From Asterias rubens (taxonomy: Eukaryota): a stretch of 64,000 bases of DNA. This document shows, piece after piece, positions 1-11,206 of this stretch. The DNA lies in assembly GCF_902459465.1 (NCBI RefSeq), contig NC_047080.1, forward strand, positions 12,462,001-12,526,000, read 5' to 3'. Under the pieces are notes generated by a model. The model did no database searches, was not told where the DNA came from, and was given only the letters and a program-made list of their open reading frames with translations. Every line of letters starts with the position of its first letter. The first letter of the stretch is position 1. A program made the position numbers and the translations under genes.

Positions 1-1310
1 AGTATTTTGACAGTTTTTTGTTGTTTTCTCAGCAAGTAGACACTGTATTCAGATGCAACTTTCATAGGAGCCTTTACAGTATTTTTATTCATGGATTCAA
101 TCCTATAAATCAGATTGAGGTTGTCCAAACTATCTAATAACCCGCACCTTTAACTACATCTACAAGTACATTCATCATGGAGGTACGTTACTCCCTGATG
201 GATTCTACATTGCTTCAATGGTGATTCGGTTTATATTACAAACGCTATCCTAGTGTTTTATTGGTTTCCCTGTCATGACTTATTTTGACGGCACGGCATG
301 GATCACTTTTCTTCCTAGTAACGAGGTTTGGAGATAGAGGTGTCCGTTACAAATTATGTGAGGGATTTCTTTTATTTCAGGATTGATTTCTGGAATATTT
401 GACTTGTTACAAATCAGTAAACAGTGATGGCTATATTGGTCATATCTGGCAACAATGTAAGTTATTTTGAAAAGTTCATGGTCTGATATTTGTACAAAGT
501 TAGAGGAGGGAAGTAAGAAGCATAAAGTATGTCCTTTATGCAGGGCATAAATTTGGAGGAAAAATACAGAGGATTGTTGCTCAAACTTTTACTGGAGCAA
601 ATTTCTTTTTTTTCACAAGATCATAGAATTGAAATAAAATGTTATCGGACTCAAAAGTCAAGATTATAAACTGTAATGTCCTACAATTGGTCTTTCTTCA
701 AAAAAAGTGGTATTTGCTTAAACTGTTATTATCAGTGGAGCTCAATGCAATTACTTGATCTGGTCTGTCCACACAAATAGGGCCATATGGTGTTACAAAA
801 ATTTTCCAAAACGATGACATGCCAACCCCCCCCCCCCAAGCTAACGCTGCCTAGTAAAGACTGTGATTGTCAAAGTTGGTAATGCTTATCACAACATAAG
901 AGCTTTGTACATAGACCTTACTAACAGCTAAAAGCCAATTTTATCATGCTTCTTCTTGCAGCGTTGAAACCATTGCCATAGGGTATACGTACAACTCTGT
1001 ACCTTGCTTTACCCATACACTAATAATACAAGTTGTACCCACAAGGGGGGCTGTAATGTGTGCAGGGAAGGGGAATGGAACTCATTTAGAGACAGAGTGA
1101 GGAAATAAGGTAGAAATGGAAAATAAAATAAACTGGCATATATTTTCTTCAAGACATTTGACAAATACTTTGTCTCCTTCCTTAGTATCCCACAAGGTGC
1201 TCGTTTATTGACAATTGTAGGAGATCAATTCCCGTGATGATTATCACAGGTTTATTTAACAAGTCTACAAATTAAAGCTCATAGATTTATGAGAATTTGT
1301 GATGACTTAC

Positions 1311-4300
1311 CTGGGCCTTTTGCTCCACCCGGAAGGAGTCGTCCAAGGCGAAATATAACAGCACGCTCATACTCCTGGACAACCTACAATAGAGAACAGT
1401 TAAAATATTTAGGCCTGAAGATACCTGTGTATGTACATGTATAGTGCCCAGCACTGTGCCCTGTAAAGATGTCGATGTTTAGTTTAAGATGTGGAAAGGA
1501 AAACTCACACAATCAGGTAGGGACTGAAAACCCAATCAGCATGCAAGGCTCTGGTCTGAAGTGGGATTCGAACCGGAGTCCAAAGAAGTGGAAGTCATGG
1601 AAAGAATCAACTGAGCTCCAATAGATAAGAACATATTGGTCTTGTCATTTGGCAATCAGTATTGGTGTCTAAGCCCTCCTTTTAGACACCATATTGGTCT
1701 TGTCATTTGGCAATCAGTATTGGTGTCTAAGCCCTTCTTTTAGACACCATATTGGTCTTGTCATTTGGCAATCAGTATTGGTGTCTAAGCCCTCCTTTTA
1801 GACACCATAGTTCAAATTCACAGGAAACCAAATCACAGGATATTTCTGGGGAATTTAAAGCTAAACAGCCAGCTGGCCTTTGATTACATTTTGCAGTTTA
1901 CCATACATCCTGTTGGTTGGTAAGCAGCAGCTAATTCTATATCTCAAAATTACAGCCATTAATTTTCAACGGCTTAATTTTGTATTTAACAGCTCATTAA
2001 GCTTTAGATTTCCCTCAAGATAAATGCTCCCTCAGCATCCACCTCCCCCAGCGAGCTGTGAGAGCGGCATCTTCAGGTTATTGATCTAAAAGTTTAAGGG
2101 AGCAGACTAACTATACAAACCTTTGTATTTTATCATTCAATCTGGCCATCTCGCTCCCACCTATTATTATTACGTTCCAGCACAACACTATTTTGTCCCT
2201 TCGAAATGCTACATATCATTCCTCATTATTTTTCATTACCTCAAAACTTTATTAATGAGGGAACCAATATCTCGTATTTTAAATCACATCTCCTCTCCAG
2301 AAACCCCTGGGCTTTGAACAGTCTTCAAGAATCAATTCCTTTAGAGTGATTTTCAGACCACTGACCACCATAACTTACTTTCAAATAAAAAATGTTCTTC
2401 AGAAACCCAAGGTCAAAGAGCAGTCTTCAAGCATTAGTTCTTTAAGAGTTAATTGCAGACCACCATAACTGAACTTTAAATATTAAAGGTCCTTCATGAA
2501 CCCATCATCGACCTTTCTCAACACATAACTCTATCCATCCTCCCTTCCAATTTATCTTTATCTGATCCAATTGTGTCGTTTACTCATACCCCGTTCCGCA
2601 TCTTTTAACAGGACCTGATTTTCTGCTCCGTTGAACTTTGCTCAATTACGTTGCCCCAACTCCCCCCCCCCCCAACACCCTCCGGCTAAGGAGAAAATAT
2701 ATAAAAACTAATCTTCCGTTCTGAGTGTTCCATGGCCCATCATCTTATTCAATCAATACTGTTCTTGCTTTTCAGATCTAAACTATCCCCACCTGAAAGT
2801 GTTTTTACAGCACAGCTGCTAATATTAATAATATTATAGACTCCTTTGATGTTGTCTTTATGGTAAAGTAACATGAAGTTTGTCAATTCTAATTCAGTGT
2901 GTGTGTACAAAAAACTAAACCTTGAATAAATTGATACATATTTACGTTGACAGAGAGTTTTTTGTTTTTTGTTTGCCCATGATGGACTTCTTTTTTCTTC
3001 TAAATTTTAATTTATTACTAACAATGCTCCAAATAAATACTGTCGTTCAAGACAGTTTTGCTTCTTAATGTTATGTGGACAATAATGAAACAAGTATTGT
3101 GGGGTTAAACAAAGAAGAAAACAAATTTAAATAACAAAGTAATCACATTCTCATTTTATTTAAAAGTAAATGAGGGAACTTTCTTCAATAAAAAAATGTC
3201 CACAAATTTCATGCAATGTCTTGCAACCTACCATTTGAGTGAATGCACCCCTCCTCCAAATCAAATGAGATTTGCCTAATTTGTTTTCTAATTTGACCAC
3301 CGACTGTGGACTCTGCGTGTTTCACTTCCACAGAGTTTACTCAATAGAGGGATAAATAAATGAAATTTGAACCAACCGCATAAATTATTGACAAGGAAAT
3401 GGGAACCACACAAGTGTTGTGGCAGTAACCTAGAAATGTCAGATGTGCCTCGAGCTAACTTGAAAGACTCTGCCCGTCCAAAGTAAAATGTGAGATGTTT
3501 TTGTGAAATTGAGTGGAACTTAGTGGGTAGTAGATGGGGTAGACGATTGTGGGTTATTGTTAGATTCAGAAAGTGCCCCTAAACAAACAGGAACAGTAAT
3601 TATCACAAAATATTTTAACTTTCCATTTTCAATTTTAGACCTCACTTTTTTATAAAGATGGTCCTCCCGAAAAAAAAAATGCCATTTAAAATACTAGCAA
3701 AGTCTAGAAAAACTATTGACTTATTTGCAGGTTTATTAGGCTTGGGCAGCCTGACCAGTATTACAACTGTATTTGCCTGGTGGCTGTAAATCTAAAGAGG
3801 GCATGAATTCAGAAAAGATGTTTAAAAAAATATAAAACAGATCACCCATATGCTTGTTTTAGTTTCCGCAATCAGACCTATCCAAATACACCAAAATGTC
3901 TGCTTAAATACAAACAATTTTCATTCTTTTCTATAAAAAAAAAAGACCTCTGAGGTGCGATTTTGCCTGGGCATATTTTAAAAATGAAAACCTTAGAATG
4001 GAAATCAATCCATAAATTATCTGCATATTAATTTTAAAAATACATTCTCTTTAAATTAAGTGTAATTAGAGAAGCTGCTACAGTATAAAAACTGGGGTTT
4101 TCTTGAAAATTTTGGTTTTCACAGGCTGTTCCTAGACAAGAAATCCCAAACCAATTTGGTACACACTGGCAGGTATAAAGTTACATTTTATTGATGTTGT
4201 TTTCTGCTAATGTCGGCCGGATTGACATTTATTGGCATTGGCTTCTCCAGTTTAAATATACATTTCTGTTGCACACTGTCAAAACATTCTTCTGATTAAC

Positions 4301-7300
4301 TCAATTAGGTTAAAAATTATTCAGTACTTCATTATTTTTGTTACGGTGGATCCAAACGTAGGAACTCAACATGCGGATTATAATGCAGTTTATGCATATC
4401 AACCAGCAAACTGCTTCAAAATTATTAAAATGAGATTCAATTTCTCAATTTATATTTCGTTTCAGCGAAGGGAATTGAACATCAGTTGGATTCCTGATTA
4501 AACCTCGTCAACGATCCCATCAAATTATAACGGTGTAGAAAAAATTTAAAAACAGTAAAAGAATAAAGGGGGAAATTGCCCGAGGGACAGGGCTTGGTTA
4601 GAACTGTCCGGGGTAGAATGATGGAGTGATTCAGCATGGCTTTAGATACAACCAAAGCGTATTAAAAATCATCAATCAGTATTGAGGGATTTTATTTCCT
4701 CCCTTGAAAAAAGAAAATGGATGAAACTTGAACAGTGACGATTTCACATTTTGTCAGCTTAGAGCTAAATAGGAAATATAGTTTTTTTGTGGATTAAACA
4801 AAACATATAGTTACATAGCAACAAAATATTGTGGGTTATAATCAGTTTAGCATGCAGACTTAAAAGTTGCCAGTTGACTTTATGCTTGAGTAAAAGGGTC
4901 TGAATACGTTTGGTAATGACTCTGAAAATTTATGGCAATACAAACTAGTTTGGATAGAAGTATCAAATTGGGAATCTTGTTCACTTTGAAGTACTGCAAT
5001 TATGGAAAAAGTCACCACTTTTTATTAATAATGCATGATTTATGAATCGGTTCTCAAGTGTTTACGTCCTTGCATCATACTGTTCAAAAAAAGTGACTGT
5101 TTTATTTACATTATCTGAGTCTGCATAAATCCCTTTAAAGTTTAGTCTTGAAAATGGTCGGGAAGAGGAAGAAAAACATCTTAAAGGAAGTAGCGTTTCC
5201 CTCGACTAGAAATGAAAGGCAGGTAAAATTCAATTTAATAGACTAATAACGTTACCATGGTGATGTGAGTGACGTTATGGGTTGAGCAGCTAATTGCAGA
5301 ACGGGGAAGAATACAGAAAAGAGAAGAGTTGTTTGTAGAAGGAATACTAACAATACAGGGTAGACCTTACCTAAATGTATCAACACTTATTGCAGGTTGG
5401 CATAGGTTATAATATCATTCAAAACCACATTTGGATGGTATTGAATGGTCAGACAGTAGGAGGGTTGACTTTGTACTGTGTAGTATGCATTCACCACAAT
5501 TGCAGACTGACATGGTTTATTATTCATATTATGAATTATATTGAATGGTCAGACAGTAGGAGGGTTGACTTTGTACTGTGTAGTATGCATTCACCACAAT
5601 TGCAGACTGACATGGTTTATTATTCATATTATGAATTATATTGAATGGTCAGACAGTAGGAGGGTTGACTTTGTACTGTGTAGTATGCATTCACCACAAT
5701 TGCAGACTGGCATATTGTATTATTTATATTATGAATGGTATTGAATGGTCAGACAGTAGGAGGGTTGACTTTGTACTGTGTATATGCATTCAACACAATT
5801 GCAGACTGGCATGGTTTATTATTCATATTATGAATTATATTGAATGGTCAGACAGTAGGAGGGTTGACTTTGTACTGTGTAGTATGCATTCAACACAATT
5901 GCAGACTGGCATAGTTTATTATTTATATTATGAATGGTACTGAATGGTCAGACAGTAGGAGGGTTGACTTTGTACTGTGTAGTATGCATTCACCACAATT
6001 GCAGACTGGCATGGTTTATTATTCATATTTAATGAATGACAGTGAGTGGTCAGACAGTACAAGGATTAAATCAGAAATTGAATAAGCTCTATATATGAGA
6101 ACATTATCCCTGAGTTCATGTCAAGATATTTAAATGACCCCTGAATAAACTCTTTCATTTGAACTGGATGAATATTTACTTACCTTGATGCAAACACACA
6201 GGGAGAATGGACATGTAAACAAGACGATAAGCATTGACAGACCGGTGAGGATCCATCCACAAATACCAATGCCCCCTTCAGGTTCACCAGCTAGGAGAGG
6301 AACAAGAGAATAAATGCTTTACTAAATCATTCAATTTGATATGAACGCTCTCATTGTTATCTGCCAGTTGTGGTACAACCTGTGCATATAAAACTATATG
6401 TGTGCATTCAAAATATCACACCCTACCTATTACAGGTTGCAAATAGCCCAGGTTGGACTCCTCCATTAACACTGGAAAACATCCTACCTGGGCTAGCTGA
6501 CAGAGTGCATGGTTTTTAAATGATCGGACAGTAGGAGTGTTGGCTGTGTTATGCATAAACGTCATGATATTGCAGCCTGGCGTTGTGTATCTGATATCCA
6601 AAACCACAGTAGGTGATATTAAATGGTCCAATAGTAGGAGGGTTGAGTGAATGCTGAGGTGATAAGTTTAACACTTCGCAGGATGGTCTAGTGTAGCTTT
6701 CAATCAATAGAAGGGTTGACATAAGAACCAATAGCTGAAGTGCTATCTGCTGGGCCCAGTTTAATAAGCACTTTAGAGCAGAACAACAGCCAATATACTT
6801 CGAGTCCAACTATGAGGTTTGTTCTGCTATTCGTTCTGCTATCATCTCAACAACAGCGGAACAAAGTTCGGATAACTGTCCATATGCCAGATGGGGCCAC
6901 CACTTTTTCACTCATTTTTACAAAAAGGGATATCTCATTGAGGTAAATTAGATACTATATCATTTCATATCGAATGAAAAAGCGGTGGCGCCATACGGAA
7001 ACTTTTCCCAAAGTTCCCATAATTTTGCATTGTTTGTGACTGGTTCCCTGCTTCATTCCTGCTTTCAAACAGAATAATTCAAAACTTTACGAAACTGGAC
7101 GCTATTGTCAGCCAAGTCAAAATATAGGCCTAGTACTAGTACTAGTAGGCAGATTTCCCAAAGCACTACCACTACTAGACCCATGGAGGTAGAAATAGCT
7201 ACACCTCACAAAAAGGAGATGGTCGAACTTTGCTAATAAGAATTTAAATCTTAGCTCTCTTGAGAAACTGAGCTTGTTGAACTGTTTGTAAAATATAACA

Positions 7301-7705
7301 ACAGACTCTTATGAAGAACGACCAAGCTGGCACATTGTTACAATAGTAACCTTAATTTAATTGTCTATGACCCAGGCCGGGTAATGGCACCACAAAAACT
7401 AAAATCAGGACCCAAAGTTTCAGACGAGCCTACCGCGGTACCATTGAAATGAACGGCACCTCATCATTCTTGCCATGCTCGCCAACCAAAACAGTAGGCC
7501 TACAATACATTACACTGTACGTTGCTAATAATCTAGGCTCACTGTAGAAGAATCCCCCCCTCTCCATATACTCACCTCCGATCACATCTGCCCGATGGTC
7601 TGGGGCTGAAGAGTACCCAGTTGTATGCCCCGTTCGAGCTTTTCTATTATTAGAATCCATCAGCTCCACGTTCTCAGTGGGTTCTGGTGTAACGCGATTT
7701 GACAT
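1311..7705 (-). CDS. STOM: Stomatin / band-7 (SPFH) family gene, first three coding exons; remainder lies left of the window
   Basis: Exons 7705-7576 (MSNRVTPE...ADVIG, donor gtgagt, phase 1), 6290-6184 ([36 protein letters not shown]) and 1383-1311 ([25 protein letters not shown]). The last peptide is the stomatin signature. All junctions are GT-AG with matching phases. The exon 1 assignment is less certain than exons 2-3. Confidence 0.9.
1632..1809. repeat. Tandem repeat, 58-bp unit x3
   Basis: catattggtcttgtcatttggcaatcagtattggtgtctaagccctccttttagacac starts at 1632, 1690 and 1748, nearly identical. Confidence 0.95.
5385..6060. repeat. Minisatellite, ~100-bp unit x~6.5, in stomatin intron 2
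   Basis: ttgaatggtcagacagtaggagggttgactttgtactgtg recurs at 5441, 5541, 5641, 5741, ~5840, ~5940 and degenerate at ~6041. It explains the repetitive ORFs 5375-5943. Confidence 0.95.
6867..7012. mobile_element. MITE, copy 1 of a family also at 55586-55721
   Basis: Imperfect terminal inverted repeats ggataactgtccatatg..gccaccactttttca / tgaaaaagcggtggcgccatacggaaacttttccc. The internal sequence matches 55586-55721 in the opposite orientation. Confidence 0.75.
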
Positions 7706-8318
7706 GGGAAACAGATTTCCCCGATCCGACCACCGACTCGCACGCCGTGAAATGAAGCACACACTCCCCACGATTGTCTCTCTCCAACTCGCTCGCGCTC
7801 GCAATGCCCGGGTGAGAAAAACACCACAAATAATTACCAATGATAATTTATTACGATTTCATGTGCCCAGTGTGGAAGCACAGAGGTCAAACGTTCCCTT
7901 GGGATGGAAGCGGTGCGATGGCGCTCTAAACTACCCCGCAGCGATCCTCAACCGTCGATACCTCGCCTCGCCGCAACAATAATTCCCGCGCTGCTGCCTC
8001 AAATTTCGATTAAAGTCTATCAGTGAGCGCGCGCGTACGTGCAGAAAAAAATGAAAACCCCATCCCCCATTGAGTAAAAGTCGGTTCTGCAGTGTCCTTG
8101 ATAAGCCATACAATTCGCTTCAAAGACTCACTAGTAAAAGTATCTGTTACAGTCTACTTTCAGCTTCGTTTTACAACTGTTCTTTTACAAATTTGTAGAA
8201 TTGTGAGGTTTCGTGAATTGTTTTTAAAATAATATTGTTCAAGTCCTCATGCCGGCGCGCCGATCTTAGCAGAGGAGTTCAACAGCGCCATCTATTGACG
8301 AACATGTTTGAGAACAGG

Positions 8319-8479
8319 GATTTCACAAAGGTAGTCCTAACTTAGGACCAGTCCTAGACAATGCTAAGAGATAGGACCAGTCCTAAGTTAGGATGAGTTA
8401 CTGGTCCTAACTTAGGACCAGTCCTATCTCTTAGCATTGCCTAGGACTAGTCCTAAGTTAGGACTACCTTTGTGAAATC
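8319..8479. mobile_element. Near-perfect palindromic MITE (gatttcacaaag...ctttgtgaaatc)
   Basis: The whole 160 bp folds back, with internal agtcctaa/ttaggac subrepeats. A related copy lies at 61201-61345. Confidence 0.8.
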
Positions 8480-9082
8480 AACCAGGTACACTAACCTCTG
8501 AGACCTGTAAGCCCCTAATTGAAGAAAAGAAAAAACTCTCATGCATAATAAAAAGTTTGTTGTTTTTTTTTTCAAATTTATTTTGTCTAACCATCCCCAT
8601 GTCAAGAAACGGTCCTGGAGGTAAGTACATCAAAATAATATACTAACCTCTACTCTGAGACCTGGTATTTGAAAACAATATATTATCGGAGGGGGCCCAT
8701 ACAGGTTCTGTTTTCAAGTCTCTTATTAGGGTATAAAATAATACATCCCCATGTCACAAGAAACGGGTGTCACACATTTTTTTAGTAGGCCTACATCGAA
8801 TGGAATAACCTCTAAGCCGGTAGATGCAAATAATGTTTTTATCTCATAATGATTAAAAGACATTACCCCGAAGATACAATATCGATATCGTCCTATTGGA
8901 TGACACATTACTTGTTTTACCGCCATTTTTTTTTATAATGGAAAAGTGAACCGGTATACGTGCGTTTTACCAGCACATGACTCGCTAATGGTCACGACTG
9001 CACGTTTCATCAACCGATGGCGGTCATGCAAAAGTTTTGTAATACCTAGTGCTGACCCTTAGGAATCAACTTATAATTGTTG

Positions 9083-9545
9083 GTTTGTGAGTAAAGCGCT
9101 AGTCTTGGTGCAAGACGTTTCTCGTTTCCCTTTCACGCACACCGCGGTCAAATTCACCGACAGCGCGCGCGCCGACTCACCTGACTTTAGTCCACTCACC
9201 GCCCCCGGAGAAACGGGGCGCGGTGAGTGGACTACAAGTCAGGTGAGTCGTTGCGCGCGCTGTCGGTGAATAATTGGCCGCGGTGTGCGTGAAAAGGAAA
9301 CGTGAAACGTCTTGCACCAAGACTAGTAAAGCGCTCGCCTCTCACACCAAGGTGACCCCTGTTCGATTCCCGGCCAGGGCCATATTGAGTTGTTCTTTTG
9401 TTCCCTACTGTGCCACGAGGGTTTTCCAGACCATCCGGTTTTCCTCCCTCGGGAAAAATCAAACACTTTCGATCTTGGCTGTGCTCCGTGGTCATAATGG
9501 GTTGATGTGGCTGGCAGCCAGAGGCACCCTTGCATGCCTGCTTAT
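9083..9545 (+). mobile_element. tRNA-derived SINE interrupted by a foldback MITE
   Basis: tRNA-like head gtaaagcgctcgcctctcacaccaaggtgacccctgttcgattcccggcc (B-box gttcgattcc), followed by a typical SINE body (ggttttccagaccatccggttttcctccctc). The head is split at gtaaagcgc. Confidence 0.7.
9100..9325. mobile_element. Foldback MITE with TAG...CTA termini and 9-bp TSD
   Basis: tagtcttggtgcaagacgttt ... aaacgtcttgcaccaagacta, flanked by gtaaagcgc at 9091-9099 and 9326-9334. Confidence 0.9.
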
Positions 9546-10063
9546 CGAACACGTTGCAGCCGCGTCCTTCGCAATATCAGCTCTTAGCTGCTAGATAAGG
9601 ATAATATTATCATAGCTATTTCTTTTACACATTAACTGAAAGAAATGCATGCACTTTACAGGAAGAAAGGTAAAGAGCAACAAATTTACAAACAGTTCTA
9701 AGCAAACAAAAGGATAAAACTGAACAACAGGCAATAGAAAACAAAATAATGAGATTTGAGCTGAGTTTTGAAGTGCATGTTCTATGCTCTGTTGAAAGCG
9801 GATGTAGCTGGGCGGGCAGAGAGTTCCAAAGTTGGGGGCAGCACTCATGGAGAAAGTCCTTGAACTGAAAGATTTAGTTTGTACTGATGGTGAGGAGATG
9901 TTGATGAGGAACGGAGTGGACGGGCTGGTGGATACATGATGAGGTCAACCAGGTAAATCATTTACAGGCATTTTTTTAGGGCCTCCACAGTGAACTGTGT
10001 TTACTACTATTCTAGAAACTATTATCTCACTAGCTGTAAGCTTGATCGGCCTAGCTGCCTTAA

Positions 10064-10444
10064 AGACAGTGTACACTATTGGTAATTGTCAAAGATCAGT
10101 TTTCTCACCTGGTGTATCTCAACATATTATGCATAAAATAACAAACCTGTGAAAATTTGAGCTCGATCGGTCGTTGGAGTGGCAAGATAACTATGAAAGA
10201 AAAAAACGCCCTTGTCACACGAAGTTGTGTGCGTTTGATGGTTGATTTCGAGACCTCAAGTTCTAAACTTGAGGTCTCGAAATCAAATTCGTGGAAAATT
10301 ACTCCTTTCTCCAAAACTAGGTTACTTCAGAGGGAGCTGTTTCTCACAAAGTTTTATACCATCAACCTCTCCCCATTACTCGTTACAAAGTAAGGTTTTA
10401 TGCCAATAATTATTTTGAGTAATTACCAATAGTGTCCACTGCCT
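10064..10444. mobile_element. Kolobok-like non-autonomous DNA transposon
   Basis: TIRs agacagtgtacactattggtaatt / aattaccaatagtgtccactgcct. Left flank TTAA, right flank ttat (degenerate TTAA). Purine-purine termini with a TTAA target are Kolobok-like. Confidence 0.7.
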
Positions 10445-10540
10445 TTATTTAAAGCACGCGATAAAGTTATACCATGATTTAAAACGAGGACTCGAGGACT
10501 TCCCAAAATGTTGCCGCCTTATACAAATAAGCATCCAGCA

Positions 10541-10797
10541 AAAACCTGAACAAAACCTTGAACACAACCTGAATACAATCTGAACACAACATGAATAATA
10601 TGATCTGAATAAACCTGAATACAACCTGAATAATACCTGAATAATACCCGAATAAACCTGAATACAAGCTGAAACCTGAATAAATCTGAATACAACCTGA
10701 ATACAACCTGAATAATACCTGAATATACCTGAATAATACCTGAATAATACCTGAATAGGCATAATACCTGAACAAACCTGAATAAAACTCGAACAAA
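10541..10797. repeat. Degenerate ~10-11 bp tandem repeat (aataatacctg / aatacaacctg / aataaacctg)
   Basis: Directly visible array. It produces the spurious YSGIIQV-type ORFs at 10445-10868. Confidence 0.9.
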
Positions 10798-11206
10798 CTG
10801 ACCGTACTCGGTCGTTTTAATTTCATAAGAATGCATCGAACTGATGAAAGACTCGTATTTCTAAGCATAGAGGAAAGTCCTTCCTCTATGTTCTAAGTAT
10901 TGCTCTAATCGGTGGTTGCTTTTGCTCCTTAATATACAAACCTACTTCTGAAAGCCCACAGCCCGGCGGACCGATTTTCCTGGGACACCATCCACCCCCT
11001 CCAACACACCCCGCCCCTTTCCCCTTCCCCCCAGCGGTAATAATGTGATAGCGCCCTCATTCGCTAGAAGTGACACATCGACTGTCGAGTAGCAACAAAG
11101 GACGCCATTTTAACCGAATTGCGAAAAATGATTGACACAATGTTTTGAAAATAGAATTTGGACTCTGGAATACTTCTGTGTAAATACACAGAACGTCAGC
11201 CACAGT

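Noticed and set aside
5375-5943. Repetitive ORFs in the 100-bp array, and tandem arrays as CRISPR
   Set aside because: Head-to-tail repeats without unique spacers in eukaryotic introns; the ORFs are by-products of the repeat
7430-7473. Alternative stomatin first exon ([14 protein letters not shown], donor gtaggc)
   Set aside because: Phase-compatible, but a weaker donor and a less plausible peptide than 7705-7576; cannot be excluded as a minor isoform
10445-10868. Three overlapping minus-strand ORFs (YSGIIQV repeats)
   Set aside because: Translation of a 10-11 bp microsatellite
10841-10880. CTGATGA...GAAA as a second hammerhead
   Set aside because: No stem II or stem I pairing around the core
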